Assembly (NCBI GenBank): GCA_947625805.1
Contig: CANQPT010000003.1
Span: 8,247 to 72,246, forward strand
DNA: 64,000 nucleotides
DNA from: an uncultured Clostridia bacterium
Lineage (GTDB): Bacteria; Bacillota; Clostridia; Oscillospirales; CAG-272
Direction of reading: 5' to 3'
Position numbers and translations under genes: made by a program
Shown: piece after piece, positions 48,615 through 58,245 of the stretch
Numbering within the stretch: the stretch's first letter is position 1
Layout of the letters: the number at the start of each line of letters is the position of its first letter
Notes under the pieces: generated by a model
Seen by the model: only the letters and a program-made list of their open reading frames with translations
Databases searched by the model: none
What the model was told of the DNA's origin: nothing

Positions 48615-48932
48615 ATGATTGATTTTTTCTTAAAGGAGCTTGCTGATTATCCGGGCATCAATAACCTGACCGTGATCCTCATGGGTTTAGGCGTGGTGTT
48701 TGCGGGTCTGATCGGGCTGGTGCTTGTGTGCACGGTCATGGGCGCGATCTGCAAGGCGCTGATTAAGGAAACTCCCGCTCCCGCGTCTGTTTCCGCAAGC
48801 GCGCCTGCGGCGGCCGGCTCCGCCGAAATCCCCGACAGGGGCAGTTTTATCGCGGCGGTTTCCGCTGCGATCGCAGAAGCGTCCGGCACGGACGCGGCGG
48901 GTATCCGCATTGTCAAAATCGAAAAGAAATAA
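48615..48932 (+). CDS. oadG: Decarboxylase gamma subunit (OadG family)
   Basis: MGLGVVFAGL single TM, Pro/Ala linker, IAAVSAAIA...RIVKI. Confidence 0.85.
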   Translation: MIDFFLKELADYPGINNLTVILMGLGVVFAGLIGLVLVCTVMGAICKALIKETPAPASVSASAPAAAGSAEIPDRGSFIAAVSAAIAEASGTDAAGIRIVKIEKK

Positions 48933-48949
48933 TTACGAGGTGAATAATC

Positions 48950-49288
48950 ATGAAAAAGTATCTTGTGAACGTGAACGGAACCGAATACGCGATTACCGTT
49001 GAAGAGATGGCGGAGAGCGCTCCCGCCCCCAAGGCGGCGGCCCCCGCAGCGGCGCCCGCACCGACAGCGCCCGCAGGCGGTGAGAAGGTCAACGCTCCGA
49101 TGCCCGGCACTATCTTAGCGGTCAACGTACAGAACGGTCAGGCAGTCAAGGGAGGCGACGTGCTGATGATTCTTGAGGCCATGAAGATGGAAAATGAGAT
49201 CCTCGCTCCCTGTGACGGTACGGTCACCGTTTCGGTCGCTAAAGGCGCTGCGGTCGAGACCGGCGCTCTGCTCTGCACAATAGCATAA
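48950..49288 (+). CDS. Biotin carboxyl carrier subunit
   Basis: VNVNGTEY, Pro/Ala linker, [15 protein letters not shown]. Confidence 0.95.
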   Translation: MKKYLVNVNGTEYAITVEEMAESAPAPKAAAPAAAPAPTAPAGGEKVNAPMPGTILAVNVQNGQAVKGGDVLMILEAMKMENEILAPCDGTVTVSVAKGAAVETGALLCTIA

Positions 49289-49298
49289 GGAGCGTTCC

Positions 49299-50489
49299 AT
49301 GGAAGCAATAAAGAATTTCATCGCTCAGATGGGATTTTCTATGTTTTCGCAGGGCGATAACTGGAAAAATCTCATTATGATTGCGATCGCATGCGTACTT
49401 TTGTACCTCGCGATTGTCAAAAAGTTTGAGCCGCTGCTGCTGCTGCCCATCGCGTTCGGTATGCTGCTCACCAACCTGCCGGGCGCCGAGATGTACCATG
49501 CAGATCTGTGGAACAATTTCTTAAACCCCGAGCATGTGGATTATCACAGTTACGGCGCCATTCTGCGGGACGGGGGACTGCTCGACGTACTGTACATCGG
49601 CGTCAAGGCCGGCGTTTACCCCTGCCTGATCTTCTTCGGCGTGGGTGCGATGACCGACTTCGGTCCGCTGATCGCAAATCCCAAGAGCCTGTTGCTGGGT
49701 GCGGCGGCTCAGCTTGGTATTTTCGTGACCTTTATTGCGGCCGCTGCCATGGGCTTTTCTCCCGCACAGGCATCGTCGATCGGTATTATCGGCGGTGCGG
49801 ACGGCCCGACTGCTATCTTCGTCACCACCCGTCTTGCTCCTGAACTGCTCGGCCCGATTGCGGTGGCGGCATACTCCTACATGGCGCTCGTTCCGGTCAT
49901 TCAACCGCCGATCATGAAACTGCTTACCACCAAGAAAGAGCGTCAGATCGTCATGAAGCCGTTGCGCGAGGTTTCCAAGACCGAGAAGATCATCTTCCCG
50001 ATCGTGGTTACTATCTTCGTGGCTCTGCTCGTGCCCTCCGCCGCACCGCTGATTGGCTGCCTGATGTTAGGTAACCTGTTCAATGTGTCCGGCGTGACAG
50101 AACGTTTGTCCAAGACGGTGCAGAATGAACTGTGTAATATCGTTACGATTTTCTTAGGCATATCGGTCGGCGCGACCGCAACAGCCGGAAACTTCCTGTC
50201 GCTGCAGACTATCAAGATCATCGTCATGGGCGTGGTTGCGTTCGGTCTGGGTACGGCAGGCGGCGTGCTGCTCGCCAAGTTCATGAATCTGTTCTTGAAG
50301 AACAAGATCAACCCGCTGATCGGCTCGGCCGGCGTTTCCGCCGTCCCGATGGCGGCGCGTGTTTCCCAGACGGTCGGACAGAAGGAAAATCCCAAGAATT
50401 TCCTGCTCATGCACGCAATGGGTCCGAACGTCGCGGGCGTCATCGGCTCTGCCATCGCGGCAGGCGTGCTGTTGGCACTGTTCTCTTGA
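49299..50489 (+). CDS. oadB: Na+-translocating decarboxylase beta subunit
   Basis: [53 protein letters not shown]. Confidence 0.96.
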   Translation: MEAIKNFIAQMGFSMFSQGDNWKNLIMIAIACVLLYLAIVKKFEPLLLLPIAFGMLLTNLPGAEMYHADLWNNFLNPEHVDYHSYGAILRDGGLLDVLYIGVKAGVYPCLIFFGVGAMTDFGPLIANPKSLLLGAAAQLGIFVTFIAAAAMGFSPAQASSIGIIGGADGPTAIFVTTRLAPELLGPIAVAAYSYMALVPVIQPPIMKLLTTKKERQIVMKPLREVSKTEKIIFPIVVTIFVALLVPSAAPLIGCLMLGNLFNVSGVTERLSKTVQNELCNIVTIFLGISVGATATAGNFLSLQTIKIIVMGVVAFGLGTAGGVLLAKFMNLFLKNKINPLIGSAGVSAVPMAARVSQTVGQKENPKNFLLMHAMGPNVAGVIGSAIAAGVLLALFS

Positions 50490-50503
50490 TTTGGAGGTAA
50501 CCT

Positions 50504-51925
50504 ATGGCAAACAAACTGTATATTACAGATACTATTCTTCGCGACGCACATCAGTCCCAGGCTGCGACGCGTATGCGCATTGGGGATATGCTTCCCGCCC
50601 TGGAAAAACTCGACAAGGTCGGTTATTGGTCGCTTGAGTGCTGGGGAGGGGCAACCTTCGATTCCTGTTTGCGCTTTTTGAACGAGGATCCGTGGGAGCG
50701 CCTGCGCACTCTGCGCAAGGCCTTGCCCAACACCCGTCTGCAAATGCTCTTCCGCGGACAGAACATTTTGGGTTACAAGCACTATGCTGACGACGTGGTT
50801 GAGGCGTTCTGCAAAAAATCCATCGAGAACGGCATTGACGTCATTCGTATTTTCGATGCGCTCAACGATCCCCGCAACTTAGAGAGCGCGATCAAGTATA
50901 CCAAGAAATACGGCGGCATCTGCGAGGCTGCGATCTCGTACACCACCAGCCCGGTGCACAACGAGGACTACTTTGTGGATCTGGCCAAGACGCTGGTGGA
51001 GATGGGGGCGGACACCATCTGCATCAAGGACATGGCAAACCTGCTGTTGCCCTATGCTGCCCATTCATTGGTCAAAAAACTCAAAGCGGCGGTTCCGGTA
51101 CCGATCCACCTGCACACCCACAACACCAGCGGTACGGGTGATATGACCAACCTGCTGGCGGCACAGGCCGGTGTGGACATTGTCGATTGCGCGCTCTCTC
51201 CGCTTGCAAACGGAACCTCCCAGCCTGCCACTGAAAGTTTGGTCGCCACTCTGCGCGGCACAGAGCGCGACACGGGACTTGACCTGCAGCTGCTCTCCGA
51301 GATTGCCTCTCACTTCCGGGAGGTCGCGAACCGTCTGAAGCGCGACGGCATTCTCGATCCAAAAGTGCTGAGTGTGGATACCAACACCCTGCTCTATCAG
51401 GTGCCGGGCGGTATGCTTTCCAATCTGCTCAGCCAGCTCAAGCAGGCAAACGCGGAGGATCGCTTCTACGAGGTGCTGGCGGAAGTGCCGCGGGTCAGAG
51501 AGGACTACGGCTATCCGCCGCTGGTCACCCCGACCTCCCAGATCGTGGGAAGTCAGGCGGTTCTGAATGTGCTGGCCGGTGAGCGCTACAAGATGTTCAC
51601 CAAAGAGTCCAAGGGCATGCTGCGCGGCGAATACGGCCGTCTGCCCGGCCCGGTCAACGAGGAGATCCGCAAGAAGGCCATCGGCGATCAGCAACCGATC
51701 GAGTGCCGTCCTGCCGATCTGATTGCTCCCGAACTTGACAAGTACCGCGAGGAATGCAAGCAGTGGGCACGCTGTGAGGAAGATGTGCTCTCCTATGCGC
51801 TCTTCCCGCAGGTCGCGCAGAAGTTCTTTGAGAACCGCGACAACCCGCAGCCGAAAGAGCAACCGAAACCGGCCGCTGACCCGAACGCAGTACGCAAGTT
51901 GTACGTGGACGACGCCGCAAGATAA
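50504..51925 (+). CDS. oadA: Oxaloacetate decarboxylase alpha subunit (carboxyltransferase, no biotin domain)
   Basis: LRDAHQS, ECWGGATFD, IKDMA, HTH, QVPGGM, PPLVTPTSQ. Confidence 0.93.
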   Translation: MANKLYITDTILRDAHQSQAATRMRIGDMLPALEKLDKVGYWSLECWGGATFDSCLRFLNEDPWERLRTLRKALPNTRLQMLFRGQNILGYKHYADDVVEAFCKKSIENGIDVIRIFDALNDPRNLESAIKYTKKYGGICEAAISYTTSPVHNEDYFVDLAKTLVEMGADTICIKDMANLLLPYAAHSLVKKLKAAVPVPIHLHTHNTSGTGDMTNLLAAQAGVDIVDCALSPLANGTSQPATESLVATLRGTERDTGLDLQLLSEIASHFREVANRLKRDGILDPKVLSVDTNTLLYQVPGGMLSNLLSQLKQANAEDRFYEVLAEVPRVREDYGYPPLVTPTSQIVGSQAVLNVLAGERYKMFTKESKGMLRGEYGRLPGPVNEEIRKKAIGDQQPIECRPADLIAPELDKYREECKQWARCEEDVLSYALFPQVAQKFFENRDNPQPKEQPKPAADPNAVRKLYVDDAAR

Positions 51926-51940
51926 TGAATTGAATTTAGT

Positions 51941-51990
51941 TTAGGGGGCTTTTTGTAAAAAGCCCCCTAAGACCCCCAAAAACTTTGAAA
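51941..51990. repeat. Perfect 30-bp palindrome with C/A-rich tail (REP-like)
   Basis: TTAGGGGGCTTTTT-gt-AAAAAGCCCCCTAA followed by GACCCCCAAAAACTTTGAAA. Confidence 0.55.
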
Positions 51991-51991
51991 G

Positions 51992-52030
51992 AAAACCCTC
52001 GGGAGTGCGTTTGCACTCCCGAGGGTTTTT
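51992..52030 (+). terminator. Terminator of the oad operon (17-bp perfect stem)
   Basis: AAAACCCTCGGGAGTGC-gttt-GCACTCCCGAGGGTTTTT. Confidence 0.75.
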
Positions 52031-52093
52031 ACCATTTCCTGAGCACATGAGGTGCGAACTTCAGTCGGTTGCAAACCGGATCGAGCATAAGAC

Positions 52094-52129
52094 AAAAAAG
52101 CGCCCGAATGCAGATCGCATCCGGGCGCT
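52094..52129 (-). terminator. Terminator of the PPIase gene
   Basis: Minus strand AGCGCCCGGATGC-gatct-GCATTCGGGCGCT followed by a T run. Confidence 0.75.
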
Positions 52130-52138
52130 GTGTGACTG

Positions 52139-53791
52139 TTAGCCAAGTGAGATCGGATGGATCTTTTTGATCATCTGATCGTCCTCGGTAACGGCATATT
52201 TTGCTTTGAGAGCCTCAAAGGTTTCGTCGTAGTCTGCGGAACGAAGAGAACTTTCCGCCTCTGCCTCCCATGCGGCTGTGCCGTCACCCACAAAGTACAT
52301 GACGTGATATCCGTAGTCGGTGTCGATTACGTCGGTATCGCCGGGCTTTCTTGCCTCATCGTAGATCCAGTCTTCAAATTCTTCTACCATTGTGCCCTTT
52401 CGGACGTTTTCGTACAGACCGCCCTCTTCAGCAGAGCCTTCGTCCATGGTATTCTCTTTTACCAGAGCGGCGAAAGCATCTTCTGTAGCATCCCCTGCAA
52501 GGAAGGAGTCCAGCAGATCGTCTGCCTTTGCCTTGGCCTCGTCGTCCGGCAGACCGTGCGCGCTGTCGTAGGAATCCACGGTAATCAGAAGATGACGCAC
52601 GTTCTTGGTCGTGTAGTCGTGGCGGTACATGGGTTTGAGCAGGTAGTATACGGTATAGGTTTCTTCTTCCTCGTCGGTAATGACGGAAGTATCTCCTGCT
52701 TTTCGCAGATAGTTGCCGTCCTCGTCTTGTTCAAATGCCCACTTGCCGAAATCGTTGTCGGTGGTGTAGGCGGATTCTTCGGTCAGAGTTTCTTCAAGCG
52801 CTTCTTTGAGTTCGGTTTCGGTCATGGTTGCGGTATCGTCCGCATCGTCCGCATCTTCCGCGTCGTCTGCATCCTCTTGATCTTCGGCATCGTCCGCGAC
52901 AATCTCATTGTGTGCGCGGTAATAGTCCTCGACCGCACTGTCGAAAGCCTCCTCGCTGGTAGCGGCGTTCAGAATGGCATTGGCCTCTGCTTTTGCCTGC
53001 TCATTCGCCTCGGCGATGGCGTCCTCGTCTGCGTCATCTTGGTATTCTGCTTTGATTTGCAGGGATTTGTAATCGCAGAAATAATAATTCTCCGGATTGT
53101 CTTCACACTCTGCGGCAATCTGCTCGTCGGTATATTCCGGCTCGTCGTAGAGCACGGTGTATACCTTGTTTGCAAGGGTCTGTATCTCGAGGCAGGAGCG
53201 TACGTCTGCCTCGGTCACATATTTGCCGTAGTAGTTTTCAATATATTCTTCCAGTGAAACTTTTTCGCCGTCTGCGGCTTGCTGTAACTCTTCCATGGAA
53301 TGACCGATTTCTGCCTGATCGTCCTCGTCCAGCGTGATACCGCGGGTGTTTGCTTCCTCGCACAGCACGAGCAGTTCTTTCGTGCTCTCAAAGGAAGCGT
53401 TTGCAAAGTAGTCAAACCATGAGGTGCCCTCTGCGTATTCCTGCTCGGTCAGCGGCTTGGATAAATCCAATCCTAACATACTGATGGACGAACTGTACCG
53501 ATTGACAAAATTGAGAAGATTGTAATTGAAGAAGTAGGACATCTGTCCGCCGTTGATGCTGTAATTCGTAGACGCGGACGGAGTCACATCGTGTAAACGC
53601 TTGCTGCCGATCATGTCCTTGAAAAACGCGGTATAGGCCAGCGAGAAGAGGATCGCAACGACCAGAACGACGGCGATCACAATCGAAAGATTATGATACA
53701 GTCTTTCTCTGGCTGCCTTTTTGGCTGCGGCCAATTTTTTTGCTTTTCTTTCGTCAGCGCGCTCGGCTCTGACGCGATTGCCTTTTCCCAT
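52139..53791 (-). CDS. Membrane-anchored parvulin-type (PpiC) foldase, PrsA/SurA-like
   Basis: Basic N-terminus plus TM helix; C-terminal VRHLLI...GGLY...MVEEFEDW...YGYHVMY; very acidic. Confidence 0.85.
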   Translation of the reverse strand: MGKGNRVRAERADERKAKKLAAAKKAARERLYHNLSIVIAVVLVVAILFSLAYTAFFKDMIGSKRLHDVTPSASTNYSINGGQMSYFFNYNLLNFVNRYSSSISMLGLDLSKPLTEQEYAEGTSWFDYFANASFESTKELLVLCEEANTRGITLDEDDQAEIGHSMEELQQAADGEKVSLEEYIENYYGKYVTEADVRSCLEIQTLANKVYTVLYDEPEYTDEQIAAECEDNPENYYFCDYKSLQIKAEYQDDADEDAIAEANEQAKAEANAILNAATSEEAFDSAVEDYYRAHNEIVADDAEDQEDADDAEDADDADDTATMTETELKEALEETLTEESAYTTDNDFGKWAFEQDEDGNYLRKAGDTSVITDEEEETYTVYYLLKPMYRHDYTTKNVRHLLITVDSYDSAHGLPDDEAKAKADDLLDSFLAGDATEDAFAALVKENTMDEGSAEEGGLYENVRKGTMVEEFEDWIYDEARKPGDTDVIDTDYGYHVMYFVGDGTAAWEAEAESSLRSADYDETFEALKAKYAVTEDDQMIKKIHPISLG

Positions 53792-53908
53792 AGTGGTTGG
53801 TTCCTTTCGTATGATGTGATTGCTTTCTCAAAGTGATGAGAAAGCATTACATATTAAGAATTATACAACATATGCGCCCAAATTGCAAGTTTTTTGGCAA
53901 AAAATGCG

Positions 53909-55072
53909 TTAGGAATCTATCCGGACCAGGCGGCGGATCCCGTCGGAAAGGGCCTGCGCCGTTCGGTCGATCTCCTCTTTCGTGTTGTGCGCACACAGGC
54001 TGATACGCAGAGAACAGTCCGCCTCCTGCGTGCTTGCGCCGAAAGCTGTCAGCACACGGTTGTCCGCTTTACCGTGAGAGGAGCAGGCGGAGCCTGCCGA
54101 AACGTAAATCCCCTGCGCGGACAAATGGTTGAGCATGGTTTCGCTTTTGATGTGGGGCAGGGTGATATTGACAATATGCGGCGCCCACTCTTTCACGGGA
54201 CGTTTGACCTGAATTTCGGGGGAAAGAACTTTTATAAGATGGTCCCGCAGTGTGCGCATGGTGCGCACGTCCTCCGCAAGGGTTGCAAAACCCGCCTCGC
54301 ACGCCGCGCCGAAACCCGCGATCCCCACCGTGTTCTCAGTGCCTGAGCGAAGTCCGCTTTCCTGCCCGCCGCCGTAAATGACCGGCGCGATATTTTTTGC
54401 TTTGAGGATCTGCGGCGCAATATACAGTCCGCCGATTCCCTTGGGGCCGTGGATCTTGTGAGCGCTGACCGTCGCAAGGTCTGCGCACATACGCTGTGGG
54501 TTGAAGGGAATTTTCAAAAATGCCTGTACCGCGTCGGTGTGGGTGATGAGCGCGGGATTTTTGGCTTTGGCCGCGCGGAAAAGCCCTCCTACGTCATAGA
54601 CCGCTCCGGTTTCATTGTTGACCGTCATGATCGAGAGAAGAAGCGTGCGCTCGTTTACCGCCTGCAACAGGTTGTCCGGGTCGATCACGCCCCCGCGGGT
54701 GGGAATGCGGATCACCTCGAAACCCTCGGCCTCAAGGGCCTGTACGGTCTTCTCAATCGCCGGATGTTCACTGTCCGAGAGCACGATTCTGCTGCCGCGG
54801 AATTTTTCTTTTGCGTGCGCTACGCCCGTGAGGGCAAGATTATCCGCCTCGGTGCCGGAGGCGCAAAACACAAGCGCCGCGCCCCGCTCCTGCACTCCCA
54901 GCGCTCGCATCACCTGAGCGCGTGCCTGCCGGACGATCTGCTCGGCGGCACACCCTGCCGCATGCATGGAGGAAGGGTTGCCGTGGACGCGGTGCATGAC
55001 CGTTTCCATGGCGGTGATCGCCTGAGGACAGAGAGCCGTGGTAGCGCTGTTGTCTAAATAGATTTCCTGCAT
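53909..55072 (-). CDS. Cysteine desulfurase (NifS/IscS group)
   Basis: YLDNSATT, GNPSS, SGTEADN, SAHKIHGPKG, RSGTEN, SAGSACSS. Confidence 0.95.
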   Translation of the reverse strand: MQEIYLDNSATTALCPQAITAMETVMHRVHGNPSSMHAAGCAAEQIVRQARAQVMRALGVQERGAALVFCASGTEADNLALTGVAHAKEKFRGSRIVLSDSEHPAIEKTVQALEAEGFEVIRIPTRGGVIDPDNLLQAVNERTLLLSIMTVNNETGAVYDVGGLFRAAKAKNPALITHTDAVQAFLKIPFNPQRMCADLATVSAHKIHGPKGIGGLYIAPQILKAKNIAPVIYGGGQESGLRSGTENTVGIAGFGAACEAGFATLAEDVRTMRTLRDHLIKVLSPEIQVKRPVKEWAPHIVNITLPHIKSETMLNHLSAQGIYVSAGSACSSHGKADNRVLTAFGASTQEADCSLRISLCAHNTKEEIDRTAQALSDGIRRLVRIDS

Positions 55073-55074
55073 TG

Positions 55075-55605
55075 TCAGTTTTTGAAGGAGAAATGCTCGA
55101 GCATCTGTTCCACATCAGGCAGATACTTTTCGTACTGTTGCTCCTCGGCCGTGTAGGTGAACAGATAGAGCGCCCCGCTTCGGATACACACGGTTTGCGC
55201 GTACTGCACTTTGACGTCCAGACCCAGCGGATAGCCCGCGTATACATAGCGGTGGGCGGCATGACCGTCCAGCGTGGTCGCCTCGTCGGAAAGAAGTTCC
55301 CACTCGTCAAAGACCGTACCGAAATCCTCTTTGAAAGATTCCCAATACTCCTCGGGGGTGCCGATATCGTCGGGCAGGCGCAGGGCGGTCATGGAGACGT
55401 TGACCAAAACCGAGTCGCTGTACTTGGCGGTAATCACTCCGGTAGAGGTTTCCGGTGTCCATTTGTCCGGCACAAACAGGTTGTAGTCCACATATTCGTT
55501 CGAGATGCGTTGCATTCCCTGAGGCTCGTCCGAGTTTTCGCCGGAGCAGGCGGTCAGGGACAGGGCGATAAGGAGCGCGAGAATGGAAAGAATTGTTTTT
55601 TTCAT
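55075..55605 (-). CDS. Lipoprotein, PsbP/DcrB-like fold
   Basis: MKK signal and lipobox LTAC; FVPDKW, TLDGHAAHRYVY, YLFTYTA; upstream TTGACA-17-TATAAT. Confidence 0.75.
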   Translation of the reverse strand: MKKTILSILALLIALSLTACSGENSDEPQGMQRISNEYVDYNLFVPDKWTPETSTGVITAKYSDSVLVNVSMTALRLPDDIGTPEEYWESFKEDFGTVFDEWELLSDEATTLDGHAAHRYVYAGYPLGLDVKVQYAQTVCIRSGALYLFTYTAEEQQYEKYLPDVEQMLEHFSFKN

Positions 55606-55771
55606 TCGTATACCTACCTTACAATATGAAATTATACAACACCCGTCCCCGTCTGTCAAGGGAAACGGAACTATGAACAGGGCCGGATTTTACATTCTCC
55701 CTTGATTTTATGCTGTTTTTGTGATACAATCATTATGGGAAAGTGTGGAAATCTATATGCGGAGGTGCAGC

Positions 55772-56737
55772 GTGAAAAAACGGATTCTTGTGATCGGCGG
55801 CGTTTATTTAGAGAACGAAATCCAGATAAACGGGATTCCCATGGCCGGACAGACGGCACGGGCCGGCGAATACAGCGAGAGCATCGGCGGCAGAGGTGCC
55901 GAGGCGGCTCTCGCGGCGGGTAAACTGGCCGGGAACGCGATTCTGTTAGGCAGGGTCGGCAGCGATCCAAACGGCAGGCGGATGCGTGAATTTATCAGTA
56001 AAAACGGCGTGGATATCCGCTTTTTGAGCGAGATCCGGGGAGAAAAGACTGCGGTCTGCACCCGTCTGTGTGAGCAGAGCAGTGCCCGCGAGATCTTGTT
56101 TCCCGGAGCGGGACGCGCTTTGTCCATGAAGGATGCAGAGCGTGCCTTTTCCTGCTCTCCTGAGGCGGTATATCTGAATCTTGACGTACCCTATGAGGTG
56201 GTAATCGCCTCGGCGCGTTTTGCGAAAGCAAAAAAGATCCCCGCATTCCTGTCTCTTTCCCCCGTGCGGCGGGATTTCCCTTTTGATTTGTTGGAGGGGA
56301 TCGATACGCTTTTCCTTTCTGAGGAGGAGGTCTTTCAGTATATCGGCGTCCGCGCGGCTTCTCCCGAGGGGTGCATGAAGGCCACGGTGGAGATGCAGCA
56401 CAGGACCGGCGCTCGCTGTGTGATCATCAAACGGGGAGAAAAAGGCGTTTATATCAGTCAGGGGAAATATTATAAGATTATTCCCGCATATGCCATCCAA
56501 CCGGAGGACGCCGCTTTTGCGGACGCGGCCTTTGACGTGGCGTATATCACCCATTATTTACAGCACGGCGAATATGAGGCCGCCTGCGGATATGCAAACA
56601 TCGTCGGCACACTGACCGCCTCTCGCGAGGGGAAATTGGCGTCCGTACCGGATGCGGCGGAGGTGGATCGGTTCGCGCGTGTCAACTGTCCGGACCTTTT
56701 GCGGGGTGAAGAAGATGACGGAGGAGATTGGCTGTGA
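55772..56737 (+). CDS. PfkB/ribokinase homolog with degenerate catalytic motifs
   Basis: GGRGA, GRVGSDPNG, VIIKRGEKG follow ribokinase layout; GAGD motif replaced by FADA; GTG start after GGAGGTG. Confidence 0.82.
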   Translation: MKKRILVIGGVYLENEIQINGIPMAGQTARAGEYSESIGGRGAEAALAAGKLAGNAILLGRVGSDPNGRRMREFISKNGVDIRFLSEIRGEKTAVCTRLCEQSSAREILFPGAGRALSMKDAERAFSCSPEAVYLNLDVPYEVVIASARFAKAKKIPAFLSLSPVRRDFPFDLLEGIDTLFLSEEEVFQYIGVRAASPEGCMKATVEMQHRTGARCVIIKRGEKGVYISQGKYYKIIPAYAIQPEDAAFADAAFDVAYITHYLQHGEYEAACGYANIVGTLTASREGKLASVPDAAEVDRFARVNCPDLLRGEEDDGGDWL

Positions 56738-57699
56738 GCAAAGAGACCACAGGACGGTATCTGTCCCACGACGGACAGTCGCAGATCTATTATCGCATTC
56801 TTTATCCGGACGGCACTCCCCGGGCGGTGGTACAGATCTGCCACGGTATGACCGAGTTTTTTGACCGATATATTCCGTTCGCGCGGTATCTTACCGAGAA
56901 GGGGGTGATCGTCTGCGGAAACGACCATCTGGGGCACGGAAAGAGCGGCCCGGAGGGCGTCCGCGGTTATTTCGCAGAGCAGGGAGGCCCCGACCATTTG
57001 TGCGCGGATGTAGATGCGCTCAACCGGATGGTCCGCGGCAAGTATCCCAATCTTCCGTATATCCTGCTGGGACACAGTATGGGTTCGTTTATTGCACGAA
57101 GATATATGGTGCGCTGCCGCGATCATATCGACGGCGTGATCTTAAGCGGCACCTCCGGCGGCGGCAGCGTCGAGCGGATGGGCCTGTGGCTTGCTTCCGT
57201 GCTTGGGCGCATACGGGGCGGCCGCGCGATCAGTCCGCTGGTTGCAAACATGGTAAACGGCAGTTTTACCAAACGATTCCGCGGACAGGGCAAGTATGCA
57301 TGGCTGACCCGGGACGCAGATATCCGGCGGCAGTATGAGGCTGACCCCAACTGTACCTTTCCCTTTACGCTGGGCGGATACCGGGATATGTTTTCCATGC
57401 TGTGCGAGGTCAATTCCGACGATTGGTTTCGCTCGGTGGCGCAGGACCTGCCTATTCTGCTGATCTCCGGAGAAAACGATCCGGTGGGCGCATACGGCGC
57501 GGGCGTGCGCCGGGTGTACGAGCGCCTGCGCGGGCAGGAGATTTGCGAACTGTCTCTCAAACTCTATCCCGAGGCGCGCCACGAGGTGTTAAATGAGATC
57601 AACCGGGAAGAAGTATACGCAGATATACTTGCGTTTGTGGACGCGACGGCGGAGGGCGTGATCGCCCTGCGTACGGGAGGAATACCATGCGGGTTTTAG
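56728..57699 (+). CDS. Alpha/beta hydrolase (lysophospholipase-like)
   Basis: CHGMTE, DHLGHG, GHSMGS nucleophile, GENDPV, RHEVLNE. Confidence 0.93.
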   Translation: MAVSKETTGRYLSHDGQSQIYYRILYPDGTPRAVVQICHGMTEFFDRYIPFARYLTEKGVIVCGNDHLGHGKSGPEGVRGYFAEQGGPDHLCADVDALNRMVRGKYPNLPYILLGHSMGSFIARRYMVRCRDHIDGVILSGTSGGGSVERMGLWLASVLGRIRGGRAISPLVANMVNGSFTKRFRGQGKYAWLTRDADIRRQYEADPNCTFPFTLGGYRDMFSMLCEVNSDDWFRSVAQDLPILLISGENDPVGAYGAGVRRVYERLRGQEICELSLKLYPEARHEVLNEINREEVYADILAFVDATAEGVIALRTGGIPCGF

Positions 57700-58106
57700 G
57701 CGTGGATTTCGGGGACAAACGCACCGGCCTTGCGGTCAGCGATCCTGCCGGCTTTCTTGCAAACGGTCTTTGCACGGTTACGGCGGACGGCAAACGCGCC
57801 CTTGCCGCCAAGATCGCCGGGATTGCAAAAGAGCGCGGGTGCGGGCGTATTGTGCTGGGCTGTCCGCTCAACCTGGACGGTACGGTCGGACCGCGGGCAC
57901 AGCGCGCAAAAGAGTTCGGCCGGCTGCTCTCCGAGGCAAGCGGTCTTGCGGTCGTACTTTTTGACGAGCGCTGCACCACCACCGAAGCGCATGAGTTCCT
58001 CGATCACACGGGTACACGCGGCAAACGCCGGAAAGGAGTGGTCGATACTCTCGCCGCACAGATTATCTTGCAGGATTATCTCGATTCGGGTGCTGCAAAG
58101 CAGTAG
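57687..58106 (+). CDS. ruvX: YqgF/RuvX-family nuclease
   Basis: LGVDFGDKRTG, DERCTT, VDTLAAQIILQ. Confidence 0.95.
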   Translation: MRVLGVDFGDKRTGLAVSDPAGFLANGLCTVTADGKRALAAKIAGIAKERGCGRIVLGCPLNLDGTVGPRAQRAKEFGRLLSEASGLAVVLFDERCTTTEAHEFLDHTGTRGKRRKGVVDTLAAQIILQDYLDSGAAKQ

Positions 58107-58126
58107 TTTTGGCATATTTTTCTAAT

Positions 58127-58201
58127 TCTTAAAATTTCTTAACAAATCTTAACAATTTCTTAAGACAGCTTGTTGAATTCCGTCATATAATATGTTATAA
58201 T
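58127..58201 (+). promoter_or_regulatory. galT promoter region with four phased TCTTAA repeats
   Basis: TCTTAA at 58127, 58137, 58147, 58158; TTGAAT-17-TGtTATAAT (58173-58201); second TATAAT at 58186. Confidence 0.7.
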
Positions 58202-58245
58202 ACTATAAAACAGCGTTACAGATTGATGCAGGCAAGGAGTTAGAA

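Noticed and set aside
48615-51925. Split oad operon with separate biotin carrier as a novelty
   Set aside because: Common arrangement in Clostridia.
52157-53257. 366-aa hydrophobic antisense ORF over the PPIase gene
   Set aside because: Mirror of Asp/Glu-rich codons, which give few stops and Val/Phe/Leu on the opposite strand; no RBS.
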